A DNA stretch of 63,777 nt, the filler included. It is 8 parts of 8 records of this genome, joined end to end, with 100 filler letters (N's around TTAATTAATTAA, not from the genome) between each part and the next. Parts side by side here need not be neighbours in the genome. Positions count along the whole stretch, not along the records: positions 7,371 to 13,999 come from SRR31156797_4848; positions 14,100 to 19,387 come from SRR31156797_4855; positions 19,488 to 33,920 come from SRR31156797_4859; 5 more parts are not named here. One strand, 5' to 3'. The notes under the pieces are model-generated. The model had not been told where the DNA came from. It searched no databases and saw nothing but the letters and a program-made list of their open reading frames with translations. This document shows, piece after piece, positions 10,457-21,434 of this stretch; position 1 is the first letter of the stretch, and each line of letters starts with the position of its first letter. A program made the translations under genes and the position numbers.

Positions 10457-11890
10457 TCAAACATAATTGATATGAACGGCCAGCAGGATAAAAGCCGCGC
10501 TGACAGCCATGAGAGCAAGCTGAAGCGGGATAAGCCACTTGAACCAATCCTTGTAACTCAGCCCGCCAAGTCCGATGGCGATCAGCAGCAAGGGATTAGT
10601 GGGCCAGATAAGGTTGGAAAAGCCGTCGCCGCATTGAAAGGTCAGGACGACCGTCTGCCTGGTAATGCCTATCAAATCTCCTAAAGGGGCTAGTATGGGA
10701 ACCGTCAATACCGCCTGTCCAGTGCCGGAAGGAACAAAAAAATTCATCAGCATCTGGAAGAAATAGAGCATCAAGGCGGCCGCTCCCTTGCTGAAGCCCT
10801 GGATTCGCTCGGAAATATAATAAAGCATGGTATCCATGATGCTTCCTATTTCAATAAGGTAACCCACGCTGGCGGCCATGAGAATCAGTATGATAGCCGG
10901 TGAAAAATCGGCCAGACCTTTATAAAAATAGGTGAATGTTTTTTTGAATCCGTTTCCGGATATCAGGCCGACGCCGATGCCCATGAAGAGAAAAATCAGG
11001 GCGATCAAGGGGAAGGCCAGGTCCTGCAATACCGGAACAAAGGTCCCGCCGGCCACAACGCCCATAATTAGGGCGAAACAGAAAAGAATGAAGTAGACCG
11101 CGCTCGAACTCCCTTTGCCCCTGGCCGTGGTTTCGATATTTTGAGCCGCCTCTCTCCGGATCGAATCCGTCTCATAGGTCAGGCCTTTGCTTGGATCCTT
11201 CTCAATCTTTCGAGTGTAATAGAGCAGGTAGGCAATAACCAGGGATGTGGAGATAATGAATAAGGGCAGCCTCAGCGCCAAGCCGGAAAAAAGCGGCACG
11301 TCGGCAAGTTTTTGAGCCGTGCCCACTGTAAAGGGATTGAACATGGCCGCGGAAAAGCCGAATCCGGCGGAAACAAAGGGAATGGCCGTGCCCGTGACCG
11401 CATCCCAGCCCATGCGATAAGCCAGGGGAACGAAAAGCAGGATCATGGGAACGATTTCTTCAAGTATGCCTAAACTGGATCCGAGCAGCGCAAAAACAAG
11501 CACGTTAACTATTATGAAAAGAGTTTTACGGTTGGCGAATCTTTCTCCCAATCCGGTCAATAGAGACGGCAGGACGCCGCTTTTGTTCATAATGGAAAAA
11601 CTGCCGCCGATAGTCAGTATAAAAAATATGAGAACGATTATTTTAGGTCCGTTTTTACCGGTTATGCATAGAATCGGCGATAATGCTATTTTCCAAACAG
11701 GAACAGGAGCTTGTTCGATTCTGTTATATATTTTTACAACGCCGCCGTTTTTTTCCATATCGACAAATTCACCGGCCGGTATAAAGTAGCCGGCCGAGCC
11801 CGCCGCAATGATAAGCACTCCGAGCAAAATGATTGTGGCCATGAAGACTTTGAGTTCTATAAGCGAGCCTTTACCGGCTTGTTCATTCAT
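10457..11890 (-). CDS. YfcC/DcuC-family membrane transporter
   Basis: FIPAGEF, NPFTVGTAQKLA, FVPSGTGQA, GDGFSNLIWPT motifs; many TM helices. Confidence 0.85.
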   Translation of the reverse strand: MNEQAGKGSLIELKVFMATIILLGVLIIAAGSAGYFIPAGEFVDMEKNGGVVKIYNRIEQAPVPVWKIALSPILCITGKNGPKIIVLIFFILTIGGSFSIMNKSGVLPSLLTGLGERFANRKTLFIIVNVLVFALLGSSLGILEEIVPMILLFVPLAYRMGWDAVTGTAIPFVSAGFGFSAAMFNPFTVGTAQKLADVPLFSGLALRLPLFIISTSLVIAYLLYYTRKIEKDPSKGLTYETDSIRREAAQNIETTARGKGSSSAVYFILFCFALIMGVVAGGTFVPVLQDLAFPLIALIFLFMGIGVGLISGNGFKKTFTYFYKGLADFSPAIILILMAASVGYLIEIGSIMDTMLYYISERIQGFSKGAAALMLYFFQMLMNFFVPSGTGQAVLTVPILAPLGDLIGITRQTVVLTFQCGDGFSNLIWPTNPLLLIAIGLGGLSYKDWFKWLIPLQLALMAVSAAFILLAVHINYV

Positions 11891-12105
11891 ATTGAGAAAT
11901 CCTTTTCCAGTCGAAGTTATTGAAAGAGATGGAACCGCGCTGTATCAAGCTCCATAGGCAGGATGCATTTTCCTTCCTGTTTCCCTTGGCGCCCAAACAC
12001 TTGGTTTTTCAACGATAGCGGTCAAACCCGATCATAAGGTATTGTAATACAAAGTAATCTGTCAAGAAATAAAAGAAGGGGCGATGGGAAAAGGCCGGTT
12101 GCAGA

Positions 12106-13128
12106 TTACAGCCCCGTCCCCATTTCAAGAGATTTTAGAAGCTTTTCCGCTTCAGTAAAATCCGGATTAATCGTCAAGGATTTTCTAAGGACATGGCGGG
12201 CCTGGTCGAAGTTTTTTATGGCCATATACACCCTGGCCAGGTTAAACATTATGTTTTCATCTTCAGGCGTTACTTTCAGGGCCTTGATGTAGAATCTGAC
12301 GGCTTCCTGGTAATTACCCTGCCTCCGGTAAACGATGCCGAGCGTATTGTATACATTAATGGTGTTTGGGTTTATCCGGACGGCTTCCAACAGAACTTTT
12401 TCCGCTTCACTATCCATCTGGTTTTCCATATATATCTCAGCAGCTTCCTCCAGGCATTTCTGGGCCTCATCCATGCGCCCCATCAACGCGTATACATCCG
12501 CCATTTTTTTATAGGCCTTGGCATATGCACTGTCTATCTGGGTGGCCCGCCTGAAATTTATGATTGCTTCTTCGTATCTTTTTTGAGCGGCCCTGATATA
12601 TCCTATATTGTAATATGTTTCAGCAGATTCATATACATTCAGTATACGGTTGAATTCATTAAGCGCCAGTTGATAATCGCCGGACTTCATGTAATCTAGC
12701 CCTTTGGCAAAGCCTTGTTCAAAATCCTTGTCCTGAGCGGCATGTACTTCGCTGAATATACCTTCCAGTTTTGTTTTTATGGATTCAGCAGTTGGGGGAA
12801 TAGTGATGATATCGGAAACGCCGGCCTGACCGGCTTCAATAACCTGTTCAGCCGTTATTTCCTGTACCGCAAGTATGCATGGCAATTCGGCCAGCAAGTT
12901 GTCCGCCCTGATGATTTTCAGGAAGACAAGACCCGTCATATCGGGCAAATCCCAGTCGCTGATCACTAAACCAATGTCAAAATTCTTTATCAGACGCCAG
13001 GCGTCAGCTCCATTATCGGCCTGGTGGATGCTTTGATATCCCGCGGCCTTTATGTGGCCTGACATGTCCTCGCGTTGCGGTCTATCGCTGCTAACCAAGA
13101 GAAATGTAGTTTTATCTTTTTCAACCAA
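12106..13128 (-). CDS. Receiver-domain/TPR-repeat protein (degenerate REC)
   Basis: LVISDWDLPDMTG followed by several TPRs (YYNIGY, YNTLGIVYRRQG, FNLARVY). Confidence 0.85.
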   Translation of the reverse strand: MVEKDKTTFLLVSSDRPQREDMSGHIKAAGYQSIHQADNGADAWRLIKNFDIGLVISDWDLPDMTGLVFLKIIRADNLLAELPCILAVQEITAEQVIEAGQAGVSDIITIPPTAESIKTKLEGIFSEVHAAQDKDFEQGFAKGLDYMKSGDYQLALNEFNRILNVYESAETYYNIGYIRAAQKRYEEAIINFRRATQIDSAYAKAYKKMADVYALMGRMDEAQKCLEEAAEIYMENQMDSEAEKVLLEAVRINPNTINVYNTLGIVYRRQGNYQEAVRFYIKALKVTPEDENIMFNLARVYMAIKNFDQARHVLRKSLTINPDFTEAEKLLKSLEMGTGL

Positions 13129-13450
13129 TTTTCACAGACTCCTGAAATACTTGCCCGGCAAACAAAGAATAACCCAAAAGGCGCCTGTTCTGCAACAGCG
13201 AGCTTTTCTAAAGCCCGATTAAGGAATGAACTGAAAGGAACCCATGAAAAGCTTGGAGAGGTTGAATGCCTCTTGCGCAGGGACGGTTCGAGAACCGCAC
13301 TTAAAATCAGACCATGCCTGGTTGCACGCTGCCTTTCTCTGAGTTATATTACCTCTGAAGGGGTTCAGAGTTGTTCTTTTAATTTTCATGGTCCATAATC
13401 AATAGCGGCGACTTCTTGATTATGGAGAATTTTGTGTATTGGAGATCCTA

Positions 13451-13969
13451 ATGCCCGGGATTTATAAGCTTATCATTATGTTGACGGCGATGGCTTTACT
13501 TTCTTCATGCGCCGGCGGACCCAAGGTCGAACCCGGTTTCGGCAGTCCTCCGGTAATTGATGAATATTTTGCATCTCCGACAGCCAGTTACGCCAGGACT
13601 TGGAAAATATTCATAAAGGCTCATGATCCGGATGGGGATATGTGGCAAGTCAGATTTAAGATCGACCAGCCTTTCGTCATCTACCGGGACCTGGCGGGAT
13701 ATGTATATTTGACAAAAAGAATGCGTGAAAAGATGGATGGTTTCTTTTACATGCTTACTCCGGTAAAGAGACTGCCAGAGGGGTCGGTGGATTTGACGTT
13801 TTCGATCACAATCATAGATCGGGCCCTGAACCACAGCAAAACAATCAAGCTGCCCTTGTCTCTCGGCGTTAATAAGGAAATGGAACCGGATCCAGATGGC
13901 TTCCAGAATGACGGCCTGTTGCCGATTCCTTATCAGATCAGGTCCAAGTTCAGCGGAATGGATAGATAA
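13451..13969 (+). CDS. Hypothetical lipoprotein
   Basis: GGAGA Shine-Dalgarno, then MPGIYKLIIMLTAMALLSS-C lipobox; DPDGD motif. Confidence 0.7.
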   Translation: MPGIYKLIIMLTAMALLSSCAGGPKVEPGFGSPPVIDEYFASPTASYARTWKIFIKAHDPDGDMWQVRFKIDQPFVIYRDLAGYVYLTKRMREKMDGFFYMLTPVKRLPEGSVDLTFSITIIDRALNHSKTIKLPLSLGVNKEMEPDPDGFQNDGLLPIPYQIRSKFSGMDR

Positions 13970-13999
13970 TGTCTGTCCAGAAATGGTTCTTTTTCCCAA

Positions 14000-14099
14000 N
14001 NNNNNNNNNNNNNNNNNNNNNNNNNNNNNNNNNNNNNNNNNNNTTAATTAATTAANNNNNNNNNNNNNNNNNNNNNNNNNNNNNNNNNNNNNNNNNNNN
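14000..14099. other. Artificial contig linker
   Basis: N-run with TTAATTAATTAA. Confidence 0.97.
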
Positions 14100-15410
14100 A
14101 AGATGCTGGACAACCCGAAGTACAACTGCGCCATGGGCAAAGACCAGAACCTGTTCCAGGCCTTTGTTGAGACCTGCCAACGGGACGGCAGCGGTTTTGT
14201 GGATTATCTCTGGCCCAAACCCGGTGAAGACACCCCGCAACCCAAATTGTCCTATGTTATGCTTTTCAAGAAATGGAACTGGGTGATCGGGACGGGAATT
14301 TACATCAATGACGTTGAAATGAAAGTCCAAAAAACCACGGCGGAACTGGAAGCGAAAGTCGATAAAATAGCTGCCGAGATGGGCAAGGAGATCCATCAGA
14401 CCAATATTCGCATCAACAAGAACGTCACCAGGGGGTTGATGCTCATCGCTGTGGGCAGTGTCGCTGTTCTGGCGGCGGTGCTGGTGCTCGCCACATTCTG
14501 GACCAGGCGATACATCAACACCCCCATCAATCAATCGGTTCAGAAGCTCAGCGGTGTCACCCAGAAACTGGCCGGCAACATCAATCAAGTTTCAATATCC
14601 TCACAGGACCTGGCCAAGGGAGCATCTGAGCAGGCGACATCCATCAAGGACACATCGTCGGCCCTGGACGAAATAACCGCCATGACCGACCGGAATGCCG
14701 ATAACGCAACCCAGGCGGATGCGCTCATGGGAGAAACCACCCGGGTGGTAATCAAAGCCAACGATTCCATGACTGAATTGACAACCTCCATGGAGGATAT
14801 CTCCAGGACGAGTGAGGAGACATCAAAAATCATCAAGACCATTGATGAGATTGCGTTCCAGACCAATCTTCTGGCCCTGAACGCCGCGGTGGAGGCGGCC
14901 AGGGCCGGCGAGGCGGGCGCCGGTTTCGCCGTTGTGGCGGACGAGGTGAGGAATCTGGCCATGCGCGCGGCAGAGGCGGCCAGAAACACGGCGGACCTCA
15001 TCCAGGGGATTGTAACCAAAGTGCATGAGGGCGCAGAGCTTGTCACCCTTACCAATGAGGCCTTCAGCCAGGTGAACGGCAGTACGAAAAAGGTCGGCGA
15101 ACTTGTCGGTGAAATATCCGCGGCCTCCGGGGAACAGGCGGACGGGATCAAACAGGTTAACAACGCGGTTGCGCAAATGAACAAGGTGGTTCAGCAGAAT
15201 GCCGCCAGTGCGGAGGAGTCCGCGGCTGCGGCGGAAGAGATGAGCGCCCAGGCAGCACAGATGCGGTGTTCGGTTTCCGATATGGTGGCCCTGGTCGGGG
15301 GGCATGGACAGAAACAGGGAGAGCTACCCCCTGGGGGAAATAACCCTCCGGATGTCATGTCAATCGCCTTTGATGACAAAGCCCCTGGGATCGAGCCCCG
15401 TGGCCGATGA
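14100..15410 (+). CDS. Methyl-accepting chemotaxis protein with Cache_2 sensor (5' truncated)
   Basis: YLWPKPG...PKLSYV...[10 protein letters not shown] Cache motif; [37 protein letters not shown]. Confidence 0.95.
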   Translation, partial: KMLDNPKYNCAMGKDQNLFQAFVETCQRDGSGFVDYLWPKPGEDTPQPKLSYVMLFKKWNWVIGTGIYINDVEMKVQKTTAELEAKVDKIAAEMGKEIHQTNIRINKNVTRGLMLIAVGSVAVLAAVLVLATFWTRRYINTPINQSVQKLSGVTQKLAGNINQVSISSQDLAKGASEQATSIKDTSSALDEITAMTDRNADNATQADALMGETTRVVIKANDSMTELTTSMEDISRTSEETSKIIKTIDEIAFQTNLLALNAAVEAARAGEAGAGFAVVADEVRNLAMRAAEAARNTADLIQGIVTKVHEGAELVTLTNEAFSQVNGSTKKVGELVGEISAASGEQADGIKQVNNAVAQMNKVVQQNAASAEESAAAAEEMSAQAAQMRCSVSDMVALVGGHGQKQGELPPGGNNPPDVMSIAFDDKAPGIEPRGR

Positions 15411-15893
15411 GGTCCCGGCCTTGGTGGCCAAGTATGCGTTGCCCAGCTTTTTGATATGGGCACCGATGCCGTCGAAATAATTGTAATGGGCCTGCTCCTC
15501 ATCGATGATCTTCTCAAAGATCTTCATGCTGGTGCTGTCCCCCATCTCACCGCAGACCCGCAAAAAACCGTTGTAGGCGGTAATGGCCCTCTCCTCCTGG
15601 TCGGCGTCAAAGGGAAAGATCTGCTCCACCTCCTGGCCCTGCTCGATCCCGCCGGCCTTGTCCGTGGTCGGCTCCCCGCCCAGCTCCTTGATGCGCTCGG
15701 CAAAGGCTTCGGCGTGGCGCATCTCGTCCAAGGCGATGAGCTTGACCGTGGCGGCCAGCTCACCGTAGTCCATGTCGTCCAGGCCGTAATGCTGATTCAT
15801 GTACTGATGGATCGCTTGCAGCTCCATGGAACGGGCTTTGTTAAGCACCTCGATCACCTTTTTCCTCTTCTCTTCCCTGGATTCTCCAGCCAT
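15360..15893 (-). CDS. bfr: Bacterioferritin, Desulfovibrio type
   Basis: [20 protein letters not shown] (heme Met and ferroxidase ligands), EEQAH. Confidence 0.9.
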   Translation of the reverse strand: MAGESREEKRKKVIEVLNKARSMELQAIHQYMNQHYGLDDMDYGELAATVKLIALDEMRHAEAFAERIKELGGEPTTDKAGGIEQGQEVEQIFPFDADQEERAITAYNGFLRVCGEMGDSTSMKIFEKIIDEEQAHYNYFDGIGAHIKKLGNAYLATKAGTSSATGLDPRGFVIKGD

Positions 15894-16251
15894 GTTGATC
15901 CTCCTTTTGGAATGGATGTGGATTACAGGTTCATGCCGTGCATACCGGATACCTGCGGGGACGATCTGTACCGCAACATGGAAAATACAGGCGGTTTACC
16001 TTCGTATGAGATACAAGGGACGGGGTATGCTGAGCATGGGTCATTATGCCCCATGCCCTGGCCCGGGTCAAGGAATAAGGCCGGCATCCGGTTCCGGAAC
16101 GGTATGGGGAGAAAAGCCCTACCGGCTGATAACTTTTCTTTTGAAACTTTGATATTTATGCCGAAATGATTATGTTACCCCATGTAAAGATCTCCTATAA
16201 CGAAATGGAATCCGGCCGAAGATTCAAACCGGCCGGCCAAAGGAGGCTGTC

Positions 16252-17316
16252 ATGCTGTACTACACTGGTTTGCTGTTTATTTCGTGCCTGCTGCTGCTTG
16301 CTTTCGCCATTGAAGCCCGACCGGGCCTTGAGAAGGCAACCTTTGCGGGCGGGTGCTTCTGGTGCATGGAAAAACCCTTTGAACATATGGATGGCGTCAT
16401 TTCGGTCATCTCAGGGTATACCGGCGGCCACAGGGAAAATCCCACCTATCAGGAAGTTTCAAGTGGCGAAACCGGTCACCTGGAGGCCGTGGAGATCGTC
16501 TTTGACCCTGACCGAGTCAGTTACATCGAGCTTCTGGACAAGTTCTGGCGCCAGGTGGATCCCACCGATCCGGACGGCCAGTTCGCGGACAGGGGGGATC
16601 AGTACAAAACAGCGATTTTCTATCACTCAGAGGAGCAGATGAAGGCGGCGCAAGCGTCAAAGGAACAGATCGACACATCCGGCATTTTCCACAACCCCGT
16701 GGTGACACAGATCCTTCCGGCAACCGTTTTTTATCCCGCGGAGGAATATCATCAGGATTATTACAAGAAAAATCCGGTGCGTTATAAATTATACCGGTAC
16801 GGATCCGGCCGTGACGGTTTTTTGAAAGAGGTATGGAGCGAGATCAAAGAGAAACCGCAAAAGAGCCATGGGATATTGGAGTTTAAAAAACCCTCCCCTG
16901 AACAGTTGAAACGTTCACTCACCGGGCTGCAGTACCATGTCACCCAGGAGAACGGTACGGAACCGGCCTTTGACAACGCTTACTGGTACAACAAGGCGGA
17001 AGGGATTTATGTTGACATCGTATCCGGAGAACCATTGTTCAGTTCAACGGATAAATACGATTCCAAAACCGGCTGGCCCAGCTTTACCGCCCCCCTGGAG
17101 CCGGACAATATCGTGGAGATAAAAGACCAAAGCCTGTTCATGACCCGGACGGAGGTCCGAAGCCGCCATGGGGACTCCCATCTTGGCCACGTTTTTCCAG
17201 ACGGACCGCCGCCCGGAGGACGCCGGTACTGCATAAATTCAGCGGCGTTGCGATTCATTCCCAAAGAGGAACTCAGCCAGGAGGGATACGGGAAATATCA
17301 CTTTCTGTTTGAATAA
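16252..17316 (+). CDS. msrAB: Bifunctional methionine sulfoxide reductase MsrA/MsrB with signal peptide
   Basis: [29 protein letters not shown]; hydrophobic N-terminus. Confidence 0.96.
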   Translation: MLYYTGLLFISCLLLLAFAIEARPGLEKATFAGGCFWCMEKPFEHMDGVISVISGYTGGHRENPTYQEVSSGETGHLEAVEIVFDPDRVSYIELLDKFWRQVDPTDPDGQFADRGDQYKTAIFYHSEEQMKAAQASKEQIDTSGIFHNPVVTQILPATVFYPAEEYHQDYYKKNPVRYKLYRYGSGRDGFLKEVWSEIKEKPQKSHGILEFKKPSPEQLKRSLTGLQYHVTQENGTEPAFDNAYWYNKAEGIYVDIVSGEPLFSSTDKYDSKTGWPSFTAPLEPDNIVEIKDQSLFMTRTEVRSRHGDSHLGHVFPDGPPPGGRRYCINSAALRFIPKEELSQEGYGKYHFLFE

Positions 17317-17501
17317 CCCCCTCCTTTGGGAGATGCCCGGCCGTTATTTTTCTTTTATAATTGGGGTTTGTTTGATAAGCTTATCCCTATTTTGCTTGTA
17401 ATTTTGGTCTCGGGCCATGGGGCACAAGGGACGAAATTATAAATTTTAATGGGGTATTCGCGGCAGGATCGGAATATCCATCATATCAGGGAGATTAGAC
17501 T

Positions 17502-18035
17502 ATGGCTGAGGCAATCAAGTCTGGTGATACGATAAAGGTAAATTATACGGGAAAACTTGAAAACGGGATGGTCTTTGACTCATCCGAAGGCCGGGAGCCC
17601 CTGAAGTTCACGGTAGGATCGGGGCAGCTCATCAAAGGCTTTGACCAGGCCGTTATCGATATGAACGTAGGGGATAAAAAGACCGTGACCATTCCCCCCG
17701 AGGAGGGATACGGCCCCCGCAACGAAGACAATGTTGTCGAACTGCCAAGAAACACGGTTCCGGAAGGGATGGAACTTTCCGTGGGCATGCAGGTGCACCT
17801 GAGTGATCCCAACGGCAACCCCGTGCCCGCAGTGGTTGCCGAGATCGGCGAGGACATGATCAAGATGGATATCAACCACATGCTGGCTGGAAAGACCCTT
17901 ATTTTCGATATCGAGATCGTTGAAACCGGTCTTGAGCCGGATGCCCACGGCTGCGGCTGTGGCAGCAGTGACAGCTGCGGCAGCAGCAACACCGGCGGTT
18001 GCGGCTGTGACAGCGGCAACGGGTGTGACTGCTAG
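17502..18035 (+). CDS. slyD: SlyD-like FKBP peptidyl-prolyl isomerase with Cys-rich tail
   Basis: VFDSSEGREPL, PEEGYG, NHMLAGKTLIF; tail HGCGCGSSDSC...GCGC...GCDC. Confidence 0.88.
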   Translation: MAEAIKSGDTIKVNYTGKLENGMVFDSSEGREPLKFTVGSGQLIKGFDQAVIDMNVGDKKTVTIPPEEGYGPRNEDNVVELPRNTVPEGMELSVGMQVHLSDPNGNPVPAVVAEIGEDMIKMDINHMLAGKTLIFDIEIVETGLEPDAHGCGCGSSDSCGSSNTGGCGCDSGNGCDC

Positions 18036-18075
18036 CTCCCTGCCCACCCGGCATCCCGGCGACAACGCCCATGAC

Positions 18076-18119
18076 ACGTCTGTTCCTGATACCCGAACCT
18101 GGGCATCAGGAACAGGCGT
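18076..18119. terminator. Long hairpin between convergent slyD and flhG-like genes
   Basis: ACGTCTGTTCCTGAT...ATCAGGAACAGGCGT inverted repeat. Confidence 0.6.
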
Positions 18120-18168
18120 TCGGCCTTCCCCCCCTCCCTCACAGTAAATCATCATAAAACACGGCGAT

Positions 18169-19314
18169 TCAGGATCCGGAGCGATCCTGAACCGAATCGC
18201 GATAGGCTTCGAAATCCAGGGTGATCACCGGGGGCCTGTCCTGCTCCGGGGAAGGGGGCAAAGAGGAAGACTCTTTCACTTTGAGGAGCAAGGAATCGGT
18301 TGTTTCCCTAAGCCCGCGCAATTCCCGTGAGATGGCGACGATGCCGGAAACCAACTCCGTCAAGAGCCCCGTCGTATCCTGCTCTATCAGACGGGAAGCC
18401 TTCCGGGATTCCGAAACCGAATCGGGTGATTCCACAGGAGTACTCCGAGCCACCCCTCTCTTCTCAATTGCGCTGAGGGCATCTGCTCTCGTTCTCTTTC
18501 GAATGGTCTTAAGATTTCTCTTCAACCCCTCGAAATAGGCCTCCCAAAACCGTTTCACCGCCCCTGGAGCTGCCGTCCTCATAAGGCCACGGCAGACACC
18601 GGACAACGTCAGAATACTTTGGGAGGCTGGGGTGGAAGGATCACGGAGAAGAAAGGGGCGCTGTTCCTTAACGGCCCGGGGCACCCGGGGATCATCACTG
18701 ACAGTGCCCCAAAAGTGAAGATCCAATTTCAAATGCCTGTCGACCACTTTCTTGAAATGATTGAACACCATCTTTCCACTGGTCCCGGGAGAAATTCGGT
18801 TCAGCACCACATAAACCTTGCCGCTAAAACCGTTCATGAACAAAACTTTCAGCAGGGCGTATCCATCGGTAAGACTGGTCGGTTCGCGGGTCAGGACAAG
18901 CATGACATGGGGAGCTGCAAGACACAAGGAGATCACGTTCTTCCCCACTCCGGCGGCAGTGTCTACGATCAGGCAGTCGTAACGCCCAAGCAGAGAAAAA
19001 GAACGAACCAGAGAGAGGACATCTTTTTCTTCCAGACTGGCCATCTGCCGTATACCGGAACTCCCTGGAACGATATCTATTCCCTGATAATCCTTCAACA
19101 GGATATCTTCCAAAGCCAGGCGTTTTTCCATCACATCTCCCAACGTCTGCTCGGGATAATAGTTGATCAGGATATTTATATTGGCCTGTCCATGGTCCGC
19201 ATCAAACAGGCAGGTACGGATACCGGCCCGTGCCAGGGCCAGGGCCAGATTCAGACTGATCGTGGTCTTTCCTACGCCGCCCTTACCGCTGGTTACCGCG
19301 ATGATGGTCGTCAT
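18169..19314 (-). CDS. MinD/FlhG (FleN)-family ATPase with C-terminal extension
   Basis: SGKGGVGKT deviant Walker A, DAD, IVDTAAG, EPTSLTDGYALLK. Confidence 0.88.
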   Translation of the reverse strand: MTTIIAVTSGKGGVGKTTISLNLALALARAGIRTCLFDADHGQANINILINYYPEQTLGDVMEKRLALEDILLKDYQGIDIVPGSSGIRQMASLEEKDVLSLVRSFSLLGRYDCLIVDTAAGVGKNVISLCLAAPHVMLVLTREPTSLTDGYALLKVLFMNGFSGKVYVVLNRISPGTSGKMVFNHFKKVVDRHLKLDLHFWGTVSDDPRVPRAVKEQRPFLLRDPSTPASQSILTLSGVCRGLMRTAAPGAVKRFWEAYFEGLKRNLKTIRKRTRADALSAIEKRGVARSTPVESPDSVSESRKASRLIEQDTTGLLTELVSGIVAISRELRGLRETTDSLLLKVKESSSLPPSPEQDRPPVITLDFEAYRDSVQDRSGS

Positions 19315-19387
19315 TGTTTTTACCTATTGCCCTTCAAAGTTTATGGTTCCTCGCATATAAACTCCCGGTCGACCGATCAGGGTTGGG

Positions 19388-19487
19388 NNNNNNNNNNNNN
19401 NNNNNNNNNNNNNNNNNNNNNNNNNNNNNNNTTAATTAATTAANNNNNNNNNNNNNNNNNNNNNNNNNNNNNNNNNNNNNNNNNNNN
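19388..19487. other. Artificial contig linker
   Basis: N-run with TTAATTAATTAA. Confidence 0.97.
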
Positions 19488-19743
19488 TTGAGATCTCAAT
19501 ACTCACATTTGGAATTCCTTCCGGTAAACTGTACGTTCCATCACTAATTGTGAGCTCCGATTCATTCCAGGTTAATGCCAGCATATTGGCATCTTTTGTT
19601 TCCTTGCTTAAAACAATACCCGATTCACTGGAAACTGCATTCGTTGCATCCAGACCTGAAACGGTTATTATTTCTCCGTCTTTTTCACATGCTGTTAAAA
19701 ATGCAAAACAGCAAATTGTGATATATAGGATTATTTTATTCAT
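19488..19743 (-). CDS. SusE-like surface glycan-binding lipoprotein (3' truncated)
   Basis: FLTA-C lipobox, LALTW motif, directly downstream of susD. Confidence 0.75.
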
Positions 19744-19755
19744 AACTTCTCTTTA

Positions 19756-21345
19756 TTAATAATCTTCATTCGACATATTAGGATTAGCGGAAAGCTCTGC
19801 ACTTGGTATTGGATAGATATTGAATTTATCATCTACCTCTTTCCCATCTTTAACACCACCTTTCCATTGCCATACATATTTATTGCTGGTAAAGCAATCA
19901 AAACGAACCAAATCAGTGCGTCGAACACACTCCCAATATAACTCACGAGCTCTTTCATCCAGGAAGAATTTATAAGAAACACCATTGCTTGTAGCCATTA
20001 ATTCAGCCTCTCCAACAGTAGCCGCATTGCGCGTTGATCTAAGAGTATTCACATAGCTCAAAGCTGTTGTCAAATCTACGCCACTACGAACAGCAGCCTC
20101 TGCATACATTAAATAGGCATCTGCCAATCGAAACATAGGAAAATCGGTATTTACGCCATCATTGGATGTATTTGAAGCCACTTCTCCTGCATCATCCAGG
20201 TTACTCCATTTTTGTACAAAAAAACCGCCCGTACGATCTTCAACACCATTATCCATATATTGATTCTGATCATCAGAATAAAACAAAGCACGATCATCAT
20301 TATCGAAATCAAATAAGGCCGGAATCTCACCACGTACACGGAACATACTCCAGGCACTGTTACAACCAACGGTTTCGGCTGCCGGACCATAATCCGTATC
20401 TACCTCTCCACAAATCATATATGTTGTAGCACCCCAGGATGCGACATGCGTTGCATCTACCACAAGTGGGAAAATAATTTCATTTCCTCTACCTACACGA
20501 AGGTGATTATCTGCATTAAATAATTTGGTGTAGTCAGCCTCTAAAGCATATCCTTCATCAATTACCTTTTGCGTATAAATCATACACGAATCGTATTTAG
20601 CACCGGCTTCATACACTTCGGCATTCAAATACAAACGAGAAAGTAACATCCAGGCAGCTCCTCTTGAAGCTCGTCCGTAATCGCAAGCATCGATATCCAA
20701 CATGCTTTCGCTACAGCTTTTTAATTCTGTGGTTAAGAAATTGAATATCTCAGAAGATTCTTTTCTCTCTGGTAGTTTGGAGCTACCAATTACAGATTCA
20801 TCAGCAAATGGAATATCATGAAATAAATCCAACGCATGATAGTAAGCTAAAGCTCTAAGGAAACGAGCTTCTTCGCGATACACTTTAATCTCATCCTGAT
20901 CCTCCTGAGAAAAACCGGCAATTTTGCTATCCGTTGCATTTTTCAGAAATTCATTACATAATGAGATGGAATAGTAACATCTGTAATACATATCAGCTAC
21001 CCAAGGATCGTTAGCATCCCAGGTTAAAAAAGTTAAATCGCCAATATTGTCACCTTCAATCCAGGTAGAGCCCAATTCATCGGTTCCGGCTTCCTGCACG
21101 TTAAAATAGCAACGCATATAATCGTAACCATTATTACTGGCTAAATCGGCATCACCACCGCCTTTTTCTTGTCCGGCAGTTACAAACGAAGCATAACACT
21201 TTGCCAGGGCCGAAACATAATTATCCGGATTGGAGAAAACCGTTTCTGAAGTTTCTTCAATATTCGGAAATTGATCTAAATCATCTGTACATGCTGATAG
21301 CAAGGCCACTATCGCTGTAAAGTATATATATATTATCTTTTTCAT
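19756..21345 (-). CDS. susD: SusD/RagB-family glycan-binding lipoprotein
   Basis: LSAC lipobox, EARFLRALAY, FRLADAYLMYAEA, DERARELYWE..RRTDLVRF, YPIP. Confidence 0.95.
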   Translation of the reverse strand: MKKIIYIYFTAIVALLSACTDDLDQFPNIEETSETVFSNPDNYVSALAKCYASFVTAGQEKGGGDADLASNNGYDYMRCYFNVQEAGTDELGSTWIEGDNIGDLTFLTWDANDPWVADMYYRCYYSISLCNEFLKNATDSKIAGFSQEDQDEIKVYREEARFLRALAYYHALDLFHDIPFADESVIGSSKLPERKESSEIFNFLTTELKSCSESMLDIDACDYGRASRGAAWMLLSRLYLNAEVYEAGAKYDSCMIYTQKVIDEGYALEADYTKLFNADNHLRVGRGNEIIFPLVVDATHVASWGATTYMICGEVDTDYGPAAETVGCNSAWSMFRVRGEIPALFDFDNDDRALFYSDDQNQYMDNGVEDRTGGFFVQKWSNLDDAGEVASNTSNDGVNTDFPMFRLADAYLMYAEAAVRSGVDLTTALSYVNTLRSTRNAATVGEAELMATSNGVSYKFFLDERARELYWECVRRTDLVRFDCFTSNKYVWQWKGGVKDGKEVDDKFNIYPIPSAELSANPNMSNEDY

Positions 21346-21434
21346 TTTTATATTTTATAAAGATTTAAGCATTAAAACATAAGTCTGTTTATTGATTCTC
21401 TCCTATGAAATAATACCTGAATCATGTTTGTATC

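Noticed and set aside
11891-13440. Long leaders upstream of yfcC and the REC-TPR gene as riboswitches or 6S RNA
   Set aside because: No recognisable conserved motif by eye
13967-13999. Possible MITE or IS terminus at the contig end, and a CTGACCCC REP-like stub at about 51897
   Set aside because: Too short and truncated to support a call
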